NCBI GenBank assembly: GCA_035221665.1
Contig: JAVHYY010000050.1
Coordinates: 1 to 64,000 of the forward strand
Length of the DNA: 64,000 nucleotides
Direction: 5' to 3'
Source of the DNA: Okamejei kenojei
Taxonomy: Eukaryota
Part shown: piece after piece, positions 23,220-36,400 of the stretch
Layout of the letters: every line of letters starts with the position of its first letter
Numbering within the stretch: the stretch's first letter is position 1
Translations under genes and position numbers: made by a program
The notes under the pieces: generated by a model
What the model saw: the letters and a program-made list of their open reading frames with translations, nothing else
What the model was told of the DNA's origin: nothing
Databases searched by the model: none

Positions 23220-24880
23220 TTTAAAGAAGGAACTGCAGATGCTGGAGAATCGAGGGTACACAAAAAGCTGGAGAAACTCAGCGGGTGCAGCAGCATCTAA
23301 GGAGCGAAGGAGATAGGCGACGTTTCGGGTCGAGACCCTTCTTCAGACTGGTCAGGGATCAGGGAAACGAGAGATATAGACGGTGATGTGGAGAGATAAG
23401 GAACAATGAGTGAAAGATATGCAAAAAAGTATCGGTGATGAAGGGAACAAGCCATTGTAAGCTGTTTGTGGTGTGAAAATGAGAAGCTGGTGCGACTGGG
23501 GTGGGGGAGGGAGATAGAGATAGTGGGAATGCCAGGGTCCGAGGGCTGAGGGAGAGGTGGGAAGGGGAGGAGACAGCAAGGGTTAACAGAATTGAGAAAA
23601 TTCAATATGGTGATACACTCCTGACACCATCTCTATTGCAGGTGATACACTCCTGACCGACATCCACTACAAACCTACTGACTCCCACAGCTACCTGGAC
23701 TACTCTTCCTCCCACCCTGCTTCCTGTAAGGACTCCATCCCCTATTCCCAATTCCTCCGTCTACGCCGCATCTGCTCCCAGGATGAGGTGTTCCACACCA
23801 GGTCATCACAAATGGCCTCATTCTTCAGAGAACGGGGATTCCCCTCCCCCACTATTGATGAGGCTCGCACCAGGGTCTCCTCCATACCCCGCAACACTGC
23901 CCTCGCTCCCCAATCCCCCACTCGCAAACAGGGCAGAGTCCCCCTGGTCCTCACCTTTCACCCCACCAGCCGGCAAATAAAACATATAGTCCTCCGCCAG
24001 TTTCGCCACCTCCAACGTGACCCCTCCACCCGCCACATCTTCCCATCTCCCCCCTGTCTGCCTTCCGCAAAAGACCGCTCCCTCCGCAACTCCCTTGTCA
24101 ATTCTTCCCTCCCCTCCCACTCTACCCCTTCCCCGGGCACTTTCCCTTGCAACCGCAAGAAATGCAACACTTGTCCCTTCACCTCCCCCCTCCACTCCTT
24201 TCAGGGACCCAAGCAGTCCTTCCAGGTCCGACAGAGGTTCACCTGCACCTCCTCCAACCTCATCTACTGCATCCGCTGCTCCAGATGCCAGTGATCTATA
24301 TCGGTGAGACCAAGCGGAGGCTTGGCGATCGCTTCGCCGAACACCTCCGCTCGGTCCGCAATAACCAACCCGACCTCCCGGTGGCTCAGCACTTCAACTC
24401 CCCCTCCCATTCCACATCCGACCTCTCGGTCCTGGGCCTCCTCCACGGCCAGAGTGAGCAACACCGCAAGCTGGAGGAACAGCACCTCATATTCCGCTTG
24501 GGGAGTCTGCATCCTTTGGGCTTGAATATTGAATTTTCTCAATTCTGTTAACCCTTGCTGTCTCCTCCCCTTCCCACCTCTCCCTCAGCACTCGGGCCCT
24601 GGCATTCCCTCTATTTCTATCTCCCTCCCCCACCCCAGTCGCACCAGCTTCTCATTTTCACACCACAAACAGCTTACAATGGCTTGTTCCCTTCATCACC
24701 AATACTTTTTTGCATATCTTTCACTCATTGTTCCTTATCTCTCCACATCACCGTCTATATCTCTCGTTTCCCTGATCCCTGACCAGTCTGAAGAAGGGTC
24801 TCGACCAGAAACGTCGCCCATCTCTTTCGCTCCTTAGATGCTGCTGCACCCGCTGAGTTTCTCCAGCTTTTTGTGTACCC
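23220..24880 (+). mobile_element. Penelope-like retroelement (RT C-terminus plus GIY-YIG endonuclease) with inverted pLTRs
   Basis: IYCIRC...IYIGETKRRLGDRFAEH...GLNIEF; about 350-bp inverted repeat 23254-23607 / 24526-24880; 14-bp TSD TTCACACAAAGGGT (23206-23219 / 24881-24894). Confidence 0.92.
23319..23346 (-). ncRNA. Minimal hammerhead ribozyme motif in a Penelope pLTR
   Basis: CTGAAGA(A)-GGGTC TC GACCC-GAAAC GTC; a near-identical + strand copy at 24788-24815. Confidence 0.65.
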
Positions 24881-25059
24881 TTCACACAAAGGGTAGTGGG
24901 TGTATGGAACAAGCTGCAACAGGAGGTAGTCGAGTCCGGGACTATCCCATCGTTTAAGAAACAGTTAGACAGGAACATAGATAGGATCATTTGAAGGGAT
25001 ATGGACCAAACGCAGGCAAGTGGGACTAGACGATAGCGAATAGAGAACAGCTGCAGGAG

Positions 25060-26281
25060 TAGGCCATTCGGCCCTTCGAGCCAGCACCATTCAATGTGAT
25101 AATGGCTGATCATCCCCAATCAGTGGCACGTTCCCGCCTTCTCCCCATATCTCCTGACTCCACTATTTTTAAGAGCCCTATATAGCTCTCTCTTGTAAGC
25201 ATCCAGCGAACCCGCCTCCACCGCCCTCTGATAATTCCACAGACTCGCCACGCTCTGTGAGAGAAAGTATTTCATCTTTTCCGTTCTAAATGGCTTACTA
25301 CTTATTCTTAAAATGTGGCCCCTGGTTCTGGTCTCCCCCAACATCGTGAACATGTATCCTGCCTCTAGCGTGTCCAAGCCCTTGACAGACTTATCTCTTT
25401 CATAGAAACATAGAAATTAGGTGCAGGGGCAGGCCATTCGGCCCTTCGAGCCTGCACCGCCATTCAATATGATCATGGCAGATCATCCAACTCAGTATCC
25501 CGTACCTGCCTTCTCTCCATACCCCCTGATCCCTTCAGCCACAAGGGCCACATCCAACTCCCTCTTAAATATGGCCAACGAACTGGCGTCAACTATCTTC
25601 TGTGGCAGAGAATTTCACAGATTCACCACTCTCTGTGTGAAAAACGATTTTCTCATCTCGGTCCTAAAAGACTTTCCCCTTATCCTTAAACTGTGACCCC
25701 CTGTCCTGGACTTCCCCAACATCGGGAACAATCTTCCTGCATCTAGCCTGTACAACCCCTTAAGAATTTTATAAGTCTCTATGAGATCAGCCCACAATCT
25801 TCTAAATTCCAGCGAGTACAAGCCGAGTCTATCCCTTCTTTCTTCATATGGAAGTCGTGCCATCCCAGGAAGCAGTCTGGTGAACCTTCTCTGTACTCCC
25901 TCTTTCAATGAGTATCCTCTCATCCTTCTAAACTCCAGAGTGTACAAGCCCAGCTGCTCCATTCTTTCAGCGTATCACAGTACCGCCTGCCCGGCAATTA
26001 ACCTTGTATACCTACACCGCACTCCCTCAATAGCAAGAATGTCCTTCCTCAAATTAGGGGATCAAAACTGCACACAATACTCCAGGTGTGGTCTCACTAG
26101 GGCTCTGCACAACTGTAGAAGCACCTGTTGTTCCTATATTCGATTCCACTTGTTATGAAGGCCAGCATGCCATGCGCTTTCTTCACTGCCTGCTGTACCT
26201 GCATGCTTACTTTCATCGACTGCCGTACAAGGACCCCCAGATTCCGTTGTACTCCCCTTTTCCCAAAATGACGTCATTTGG

Positions 26282-26282
<1 letters not shown>
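25060..26282 (-). mobile_element. Stacked CR1 3' fragments
   Basis: ORFs 25120-25377 and 25615-25962 (TRGH/FFTQRVV); CATAGAAA tail at about 25401. Confidence 0.8.
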
Positions 26283-26328
<46 letters not shown>

Positions 26329-28125
26329 TTTATTACGGACTCAAGGTCCAGACAAAGGGCAACATTACATTAAAAATGCATTGCATATCAAATATCATAA
26401 ATATATATAAAATCATGGTAAATCACATAAAAACATCATAATTTATATATTTTTAAAAAAGCCCACAATACTTCAGTTAAAAATCCAGAGTAAAAAATGA
26501 TCAATGTCGTTCAACGAGACAACGATACCAGTGTCTCCACAACTGGGATTCGTAGCGTGTAGTGCTAACCCTTATGTTTGTCAAGGCCACAATAAGCACA
26601 ATTTTAGAGTCAATTATCCTGCAAAAGGATTTATACATGTGGTGTCTTAGGATAGCTTCTAAAGTACTGACTCCTGCAGCCACAAACATATTACTGGCAC
26701 TACACCATCTTGGTTGCGTAAGCAGTGTTCTCAATGCATCGTTATATGCAACCTTTAGTCTCTGCATACTTGTCTTTAAATAGTTCGACCACAGGTGCGC
26801 AGTGTAGAGGGGTGCGCAGTATGCTCTAAATAGCGACATCTTCACCACATCTGCACACGCACCAAATTTATATTCGCCTGCATATACAGCATGCGTCGTT
26901 GCCTATAAATATCCTCATCATCTGTCATTTGTTCTGTAATAATATGCCCTAGATGTTTTATCTTATTACAGACACTAAGATTGTTGTCAGAGAATTTAAA
27001 ATCAGGATATTTTAGGCTTTTATCCTCTTTAGTTCTACATACCATAACAGCACTCTTACTAGCATTATATTTAACGTCATGTTCCAAACCATACACGGAA
27101 CATGCAGTAAGGAGCTGCTGGAGACCAGCGCTAGATGGACTAAAGACCACAAGATCATCTGCATACGTAAAATGGTTCACTAAAATATTACCAATCACGC
27201 ACCCAGTGTTACAGGCTTTCAATTGTTTAGACAGATCATCAATATATAGATTAAAAAGGACTGGGGATAAAATTCCCCCTTGTCTAACACCATTGCTAAC
27301 CCCAAATGGGGTTGAGACCCTATTGCCCCATTTTATTTGCATAGTCTCGTGGGCATACCAGTAGGCCAGTTTTCTCACAATGTATTTAGACGCATTTTAC
27401 CAAACAGCTTTCTGTGATTAACACGGTCAAAGGCTTTGGAAGCACCAATAAAGCACATAAGGATTGAAGAGTTTTTGCCTCTATATATGTTTGCAATGTC
27501 CTTTAGGACATATGCGTAAGTCTGTGCCATGTTTAGCTTTAGAGACAAACTGGTTATCTGTGGAGTTAACAAACTCATGTATTCTATCCAGCAGAACTCT
27601 TTCTAAGACTTTTGACAATATTCTGGCTAAAGCTATGGGCCTGTAATTATTTAGACTGCCTACTTTACCAGCTTTGTCCTTAATAACCGGCACTAACAGG
27701 ACAGACAACATTGAGTCTGGTAACATGCCACGAATCATAAAGCCAGTAAAACAAATAGCTAGGAGAGGAGCTATTCTCATACTCGCATACTTAAGATGTT
27801 TAGCAGAGATATGATCCAAGCCGCTTGCTTTGTTGTTGGACAGCTTGTTCATGGCAGGATACACCTCATTTGACATAACCGCCATCGAGTCATTATTCTC
27901 AATATTGTCCAACCTATACAAGTCGCCTTGGACACAGTTGAATAAAGTGTTGTAATGTTGTCGCCATAACTCCGCGATATTAGCCGTTCCGGAGATTCCA
28001 TCTACAGTACATGGTAGAGATGTTTTGCAACTGCCAAGAGCTCTCATTTCCTTCCAAAAATCTGTAGTATTGTTACTTAGCAGCTTCTTAGCCATGGAAT
28101 CAGCCCTCATAGCTTGCTCATTAGT
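26282..28125 (-). mobile_element. 5'-truncated non-CR1 LINE (RTE-X/Proto2-like) with (TTA)n tail, nested in CR1
   Basis: NNKASGLDHI, NYRPIAL, SKAFDRVNH, GVRQGGILSPVLFNLYIDD, YADD; (TAA)n tract 26282-26327 on +; clade assignment by motif recall only. Confidence 0.65.
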
Positions 28126-30490
28126 AATCTGCCTTACTGTTTTTGCAACCAAAGTGGATAAGCTCAGATTTATCCGCATTATACTTCATCTGCCATGCAT
28201 CGACCCACTCCCCAAACCTGTCCAAGTCACCCAGCATTCTCATAGCATCCTCCTCACAGTTCACACTGCCACCCAGCTTTGTGTCATCTGCAAATTTGCT
28301 AATGTTACTTTGAATCCCTTCATCTAAATCATTGATGTATATTGTAAATAACTGCGGTCGCAGGACCGAGCCTTGCGGTACTTCACTAGTCACTGCCTGC
28401 CATTCTGAAAGGGACCCCTTAATCCCTACTTTTTGTTTCCTGTCTGCCAACCACTTCTTGATCCATGTCAGCACTCTAGCCTCAATACCATGCGCCCCAA
28501 TTTTGCCCACTATTCTCCTATGTAGGATCTTATCAAATGTTTTCTGAAAGTCCAGGTACACTACATCCACTGGCTCTCCCTTGTCCATTTTCCTAGTTAC
28601 ATCTTCAAAAAATCTCAGAAGATTCGTCAAGCATGATTTCCCCTTCGTAAATGCATACTGACTCGGACCGATCCTGTTACAACTATCCAAATGTTTGGCA
28701 AATTCATCTTTTACAATTGACTCCAGCATCCTCACCACCACCGATGTCAAGCTAACTGGGCTGTAATTTCCTGTTTTCCCTCTCCCGCCTTTCTTAAAAC
28801 GTAGGATAACATTAGCTACCCTCCAATCCACATGAATTGATCCTGAGTCTATAGAACATTGGAAAATTATCACCAATGCATCCACAATTTCTGGAGCCAC
28901 TTCCTTAAGTACCCTGGGATGCAGACCATCAGGCTTGGGGAATTATCAGCCTTCAGTCCCATCGGTCTATCCAACACTATTTCCTTCCTAGTGTGGATTT
29001 CCTTCAGTTCCTCCGTCACCCCATATCCTCTGCCCACTACTATATCAGGAAGGTTGTTTGTGTCCTCGCTAGTGAAGACAGATCCAAAGTACCTGTTCAA
29101 ATCATCTGCCATTTCCTTGTTCCACATAATAAATTCACCTTTTTCGGTCTTCAAGCGTCCAACTTTGGTGTTAACTATTTTTTTCCTCTTCACGTACCTA
29201 AGGAAGCTTTTAATATCCTGCTTTATATTCTTGGCTAGCTTACCTTCGTACCTCATCGTTTCTCCAGGTATTGTCTTTCTAGTTATCTTCTGTTGTTCCT
29301 TAAACTTTACCCAATCCTCTTGCCTCCCGCTCATCTTTGCTACGATGTACGCCTTCGCTTTAATTTTTATACTGTCCCTGACTTCCCTGGTCAGCCATGG
29401 TCGTCCTTTACTCCCCTTGGAATCTATCTTCCTCCTAGGAATTAACTGAGCCTGCACCTTCTGTATAATTCCTAGAAACACCTGCCGTTTATGTTCCACT
29501 GTCTTCCCTGCTAGTGTATCTTTCCAATCAACGTTGACCAGCTCCTCCCTCATGGCCCCATAGTCCCCTTTATTCAACTGCAACACTGGCACCTCCGAGC
29601 TACACTTCTCCCTCTCTAATTGTAGAATAAACCTGACCATGTTATGGCCACTGCGTCCTAATGGATCATTAACTTCGAGGTCCTTTATCAAATCCGGTTC
29701 ATTACATAACACGAAATCCAGAATTGCCTTCTCCCTGTTAGTCCCCAATGCAAGCTGTTCAAATAATGCATCACTAAGGCACTCTACAAATTCCGTTTCT
29801 TGGGGTCCAGAACCAACCTGATTTTTCCAGTCTAGCTGCATGTTGAAATCTCCCATAACGACCACATAATTACTTTTACTTCTTGCCAATTTTAACTCCT
29901 GATTCAACTTGCGCCCTATGTCCAGGCTACAGTTTGGGGGCCTGTAGATTAGTCCCATTAGGGTATTTTTACCCTTACAATTCCTTAGTTCTATCCATAC
30001 ATACTCCACATCTCCTGTTTGAATGCCACCCCTTGCAAGGAACTGAATTTCATTCCTCACCAACAGGGCAACCCCACCCCCTTCTGTCTTTTCGATAGGA
30101 TGTATACCCTTGAATATTCAGTTCCCATCCTTGGCCCTCTTACAGCCATGTCTCAGTAATTCCCACAACATCATACTCGCCAGTTTGTAACTGAGACTCA
30201 AGCTCGTCCACTTTATTCCTTATGCTGTACTTCGCGCATTCATATACAACACTTTTACCTCCATATTCACTCCCCCCTCGCACCACTCGCAATTGTCCCT
30301 GACCTTACTCTGTTGTCCATTCTCGAGCTTTCTTTCCCATTAATTCGAGAATCTTTTGTATTTTTTCCTGTAGCCACTTCCCCCTCAACTACATCTTTAT
30401 ACTCCCAATTTGTTAATCCCTCCCCCCCACAATTGGTTTAAACCCCCACGTGTAGCCCTAGCAAACCTGCCTGCCAGAAGGTCCGTCCCC
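28125..30490 (-). mobile_element. CR1 ORF2 (EN plus RT), continuing the CR1 at 25850-26282
   Basis: ORFs 28870-30063 (YRPPN, MGDFN) and 28121-28900 (KFADDTKLGG). Confidence 0.88.
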
Positions 30491-33400
30491 CTCCAGTTAA
30501 GTCGGTCCACCTCCAGACTAGTGTAGCTGGGATATTGTTGGCCGGTGTGGCGAGTTGGGCGGAAGGTTCTGATACTGTCACTCCATGACTCTGTGATTCA
30601 ATGAAGCTATGTACGGTAACAAATCAATTTCCGCATTTGCCTTTACGTTCTCCCGGAGGGCAAACATTTGAACACCTCTTCCCATTCCCATATAAACATT
30701 TCTGCCGTTGTCCTCCTCAAGTGTTAGAGCGAGGCCACGCAATCAATGAAGGAACAGCATGTCGTATGTCGCATATCTCCCTTTCTCTCACTCTCCCCCC
30801 CAACTTAGTCATCATACTAGTTGTACTGCTCGCATCTTTGTAGTTGTTTGTTGCCACGTATTCCACAACCAACTCAGGATACTGAGTTCGATGATCAGCC
30901 ATGATCATATTGAATGGCGGCGCAGGCTCGAAGGGCCGAATGGCCTACTCCTGCACTTATTTTCTATGTTTCTATGTTTCTAACAATGGGCAATTATGGG
31001 CTAATTTATTTATCTGTTGCCTTCCCTGCCTTGTTCTGGCCTACTCTTGCTTCCAGAGGCCTCGCCCTACTTCCGACGGAAGAATGATCCTGACCAGACA
31101 CGATATCTATCCTTTTCCTCCAGAGATACTGCCTGCTGTTCATTTGCTGTTAAGCGACAGTAAGCCGCATAATGTGTCCCTGATACCACAAAATTGGGGC
31201 TGGTGGAAGATTACCTTTGTACCTACCCATTTCTCCCCTTCTCTCGCAATCTGCAAAGAAAAGAAAATAATCTGTCAATTATGAATTAAAATGAAGATAT
31301 CTTGTTCTAAAAAAATAATCATCGTTCGTGCATTCTTATTAACAAACCACTTGTTAATAAATTAAGTGATAATACTCTCCTCCAGCTGTCCATATGTCAG
31401 CTCTGCCAACATTATCATGCAGCATCCCCTCACCGGGACATGTTTAGTCGCGGATTCCGTGAAATGTAAATCTGAGCGGAATTATTCTGTGTGATGGGGA
31501 AAATTGTGAACCATATTTCTCGCCATGTAGTTGGCACAATCGCAACGAACTGTCCCTTGTATGACTAGTGTGTTTATTTGAATGCAGCAGCCTCCATATT
31601 GCAAATGGCTTGAATTCAGTTGGTATAGTCTTACCTTCTCTGCTGTTGTCCCAATTGAAAGTATATTGCATGTCCCATCAATATTTTGTTGATTCCCCGA
31701 TCAACTCTACAAAGCCTTACTATGTGGGATTTTTACAACTTGCTGATCTCTCGTGAAACGAATTTAGAAGTTTCTTTCCAGCTAAATAAAGGTGAAAATT
31801 GGTTGTATGAATCTTCTATATTTTTATTTCAGCTCCACCCTGATTCCAACGCTTTTTCGCGCAGGTCTGAGGGGGGTGGTTCCCGTATCGATCGCATGTA
31901 CATCTTCGGAGCTTTTGTCGCTCGTGTCTCGTGGCCTCTGTGCGGCCGGTACCGTGTTCTGGTCTGGTGTGAGTGGACTTTACACTAGCGCGCACACCAG
32001 CTGGGTAGGCGTTATGGCACCTTAATATCCAGCTGCTGGAGGATTGCCGATTCCAACAGTCATTCTGTCGGTTATGGGTGAAGTGACGACAGAGGCGGAG
32101 GGGTATCCCTTCCCTTAGGCAGTGGTGGGGTGTGGGAAAGACTTACATCATTTGGTCAGGAGTTCACGCCGGGTTCGACCAGAAGGCGGGTCGCAGAGAA
32201 TTAGTCAACACAGAGTCTCGCTTGGGTCGGATAGGTGAGCACTCCCGTGAGTGGAAAGAATATCATGAGAGGAAGGAGGCACGGGGGGACCTGCAGCTTT
32301 AGCGGTCCCGAGATGCTTACGTGACGTCGCGGGTCCAGATGCTGCACGGTCTAGACCGTGCATCACCTTCATTTTTCTCTCTGGAGAAATGGCTCCTCGC
32401 GGTTGTTAAAGATCCAGAGAAGATCAGTGCTTTAGTTCGGTCATTTTTTGGGTCTCTGTTCTCCTCAGATGGATTCAGCGGGAAGACAAGCTGGTCCAGT
32501 GAGAGGGTCTACTGACTGCAGATAGAGAGTAGTTTGAACTCCTTGATGACCATTTTTCATTGGAGGAGTTTCCTACATTGGAGGAGTGGCAATTCCCCAG
32601 CCGGTTTGGCAGACGGTAGAGTTTTCTGGGATGTCCTGGGGGTGACTACATGAAGGTCCTGGGGTGTGAGGGTTGGGGGGGGGGGAGTGGAGCCTGGCGG
32701 TCCGGTGATCTATGGAGAGAAGGAATAGGTGACGTCTCGGGTTCGAGGCCCTTCTGCAGACTGATGTGGGGTTGGGGAGCGGGATGAAAAATGGGTGAGG
32801 CGGAGACAGTGGGCTATGGGAGAGCTGGGAAGGGGAGGGGATGCAGGGAGAAAGCAAGGACTACCTAAAATTGGAGAAGTCAATGTTCATACCACAGGGG
32901 TGTAAACTACCCAAGCGAAATATGAAGAGCCAATTTGCGGTCGGCCTCACTGTGTTCTGGGCCTCCTCCATGGCCAGAATGAGTTATGTAGGTTAAGGCA
33001 GTTCCCATCATGGTCCAGTGGTCCGGATTCGATTTCCGTTCAGTGGAGGGCCAGATTTTATTTTCTCCAGTGCGGAACTGAGCAGCTCCCAACTTCTGCA
33101 CATTGTGCACCCCCACCAGCACATAAATAGTGGGCAGTTCATCAGTCTTTATAACCATATAACCATATAACAATTACAGCATGGAAACAGGCCCTCTCGG
33201 CCCTTCCTGTCCGTGCCGACCATTTGTTTTCCCCTAGTCCCATCTACCTGCACTCAGACCATACCCCTCCATTCCCTTCACGTCCATATACCTATCCACT
33301 CTACTTTTAAATATTAAAATCTATCCTGCCTCCACCACTTCTGCTGGAAGCTCATTCCACACAGCCACCACCCTCTGAGTAAAGAAGTTCCCCCTCACGT

Positions 33401-36400
33401 TACCCCTAAACTTCTGTCTCTTTATTCTCATGTCATGTTTGTTTGAATCTTCCCTACCCTCAATGGGAAAAAAACGTATTCCACGTCAACTCTGTCTATC
33501 CCTTTCATCATTTTTAAAAGACCTCAATCAAGTCCCCCTTAACCTTCTGCGCTCCAAAGAATAAAGGACCTAACTTGTTCACCCTTTCTCTGTAACATAG
33601 TTGCTGGAACCCTGGCAAACATTCCAGTAAATCTCCTCTGTACTCTATCTATTTTGTTGTCATCCTTCCTATAATTAGGCGACAAAACATTGTACACCAT
33701 ACTCCAGAATTGGTCTTACCAATGCCTTGTACAATTTTTAACATTACTTCCCTACTCCTATATTCAATGCTCTGATTTATAAAGGCCAGCACACCAAAGG
33801 CTTTCTTTACCACCATATCTACATGCGATTCCACCTTCAGGGAACTATGCACAGTTATTTCCTAGATCCATCTGTTCCACAGCATTCCTCAATTCCCTAC
33901 CATTTACCATGTACGTCCTATTTTGATTTGTCCTGCCAAGATGTAGCACTTCACACTTAACAGCATTAAAGTCCTTTCTTAAAACGTTTAGGATAACATT
34001 AGCTACCCTCCAATCCACATGAACTGATCCTGAGTCTATAGAACATTGGAAAATTATCACCAATGCATCCACAATTTCTGGAGCCACTTCCTTAAGTGCT
34101 CTGGGATGCAGACCATCAGGCTTGGGGAATTATCCGCCTTCAGTCCCATCGGTCTATCCAACACTATTTCCTGCTTAATGTGGATTTCCTTCAGTTCCTC
34201 CGTCACCCCAGATCCTCTGGCCACTACTATATCAGGAAGATTGTTTGTGTCCTCGTTAGTGAAGACAGATCCAAAGTACCTGTTCAAATCATCTGCCATT
34301 TCCTTGTTCCACATAATAAATTCACCTTTTTCAGTCTTCAAGCGTCCAACTTTGGCCTCAACTATTTTTTTCCTCTTCACATATCTAAGGAAGCTTTTAA
34401 TATCCTGCTTTATATTCTTGGCTAGCTTACCTTCGTACCTCATCGGTTCTCCCGATATTGTCTTTCTAGTTATCTTCTGTTGTTCCTTAAATTTTACCCA
34501 ATCCTCTTGCTTCCAGCTCATCTTTGCTACGATGTACGCCTTCGGTTTAATTTTATACTCTCACTGCCTTCCCTTGTCAGTCATGGTCGTCCTTTTCTCA
34601 CCTTGGAATCTTTCTTCCTCCTAGGAATGAACTGAGCCTGCACCTTCTGTATTATTCCTAGAAACACCTGCTATTTATATTCCACTGTCAAGTCTGCTAG
34701 CATATCTTTCCAATCAACTTTGGCCAGCTCCTCCCTCATGGCCCCATAGTCCCCTTTATTCAACTGCAACACTGGCACCTCCGAGCTACACTTCTCCCTC
34801 TCCAATTGTAGAATAAACCTGACCATGTTATGGCCACTGCGTCCTAATGGATCATTAACTTCGAGGTCCTTTATCAAATCCGGTTAATTACATAACACGA
34901 AATACAGTATTGCCTTCTCCCTGTTAGCCCCAATACAAGCTGTTCAAATAATGCATCACTAGGGCACTCTACAAATTCCGTTTCTTGGGGTCCAGAACCA
35001 AACTGATTTTTCCAGTCTAGCTGCATGTTGAAATCTCCCATAACGACCACAGAATTACTTTTACTTCTTGCCAATTTTAACTCCTGATTCAACTTGCGCC
35101 CTATGTCCAGGCTACTGTTTGGGGGCCTGTAGATTAGTCCCATGAGGGTATTTTTACCCTTACAATTCCTTAGTTCTATCCATACAGACTCCACATCTCC
35201 TGTTTGAATGTCACCCCTTGCGAGGGACTGAATTTCATTTCTCACCAACAGGGCAACCCCACCCCCATCTGTCTTTTCGATAGGATGTATACCCTTGAAT
35301 ATACAGTTCCCAACCTTGGCCCTCTTACAGCCACGTCTCAGTAATTCCCACAACATCATACTTGCCAGTTTCTAACTGAGCCTCAAGCTCGTCCACTTTA
35401 TTCCTTATACTGTACTTCGCGCTTTCATATACAGCACTTTCACCTTCATATTCACTCCCGCCTCGCACCACTCGCAATTGTCCCTGACCTTACTGTGTTG
35501 TCCATTCTCGAGCTTTGCTTCCCATTATTCGAGAATCTTTTGCATTTTTTCCTGTAGCCACTTCCCCCTCAACTACATCTTTATACTCCGATTTTTCAAT
35601 CCCCCCCCCCCCCCCCCACTGTTTAGTTTAAACCCACACGTGCAGCCCTAGCAAACCTGCCTGCAGAAGGTCGGCCCCCTCAAGTTAAGTCGGTCCACCT
35701 CCAGACTAGTGTAGCTGGGATATTGTTGGCCGGTGTCGCGAGTTGGGCGGAAGGTCCTGATACCAAACTGTATCACTCTATGACTCTGTGATTCCATGAT
35801 GCTATGTACGGTAACAAATCAATTTCCGCATTTGCCTTTACGTTCTCCCGGAGGGCAAACATTTGAACACCTCTTTCCCATTCCCATATAAACATTTCTG
35901 CCGTTGTCCTCCTCAAATGTTAGAGCGAGGCCACGCAATCAATGAAGGAACAGCATGTCGTATGTCGCATATCTCCCTTTCTCTCACTCTCTCGCCCAAC
36001 CTTGTCATCATACTAGTTGTACTGCTCGCATCTTTGTAGTTGTTGTTGCCACGTATTCCACAGCCAACTCAGGATACTGAGTTCGATGATCAGCCATGAT
36101 CATATTGAATGGCGGTGCAGGCTCGAAGGGCCGAATGGCCTACTCGTGCACGTATTTTCTATGTTTCTATGTTTCTAACAATGGGCAATTATGGGCTAAT
36201 TTATTTATCTGTTGCCGGGGCGGCTTCCCTGCCTTGTTCTGGCCTACTCTTGCTTCCAGATGCCTCGCCCTACTTCCGACGGAAGAATGATCCTGACCAG
36301 ACACGATATCTATCCTTTTCCTCCAGAGATTTTACTGCCTGCTGTTCATTTGCTGTTCTTTTTAAGCGGACAGTAAGCCGCATAATGTTTCCCTGATACC

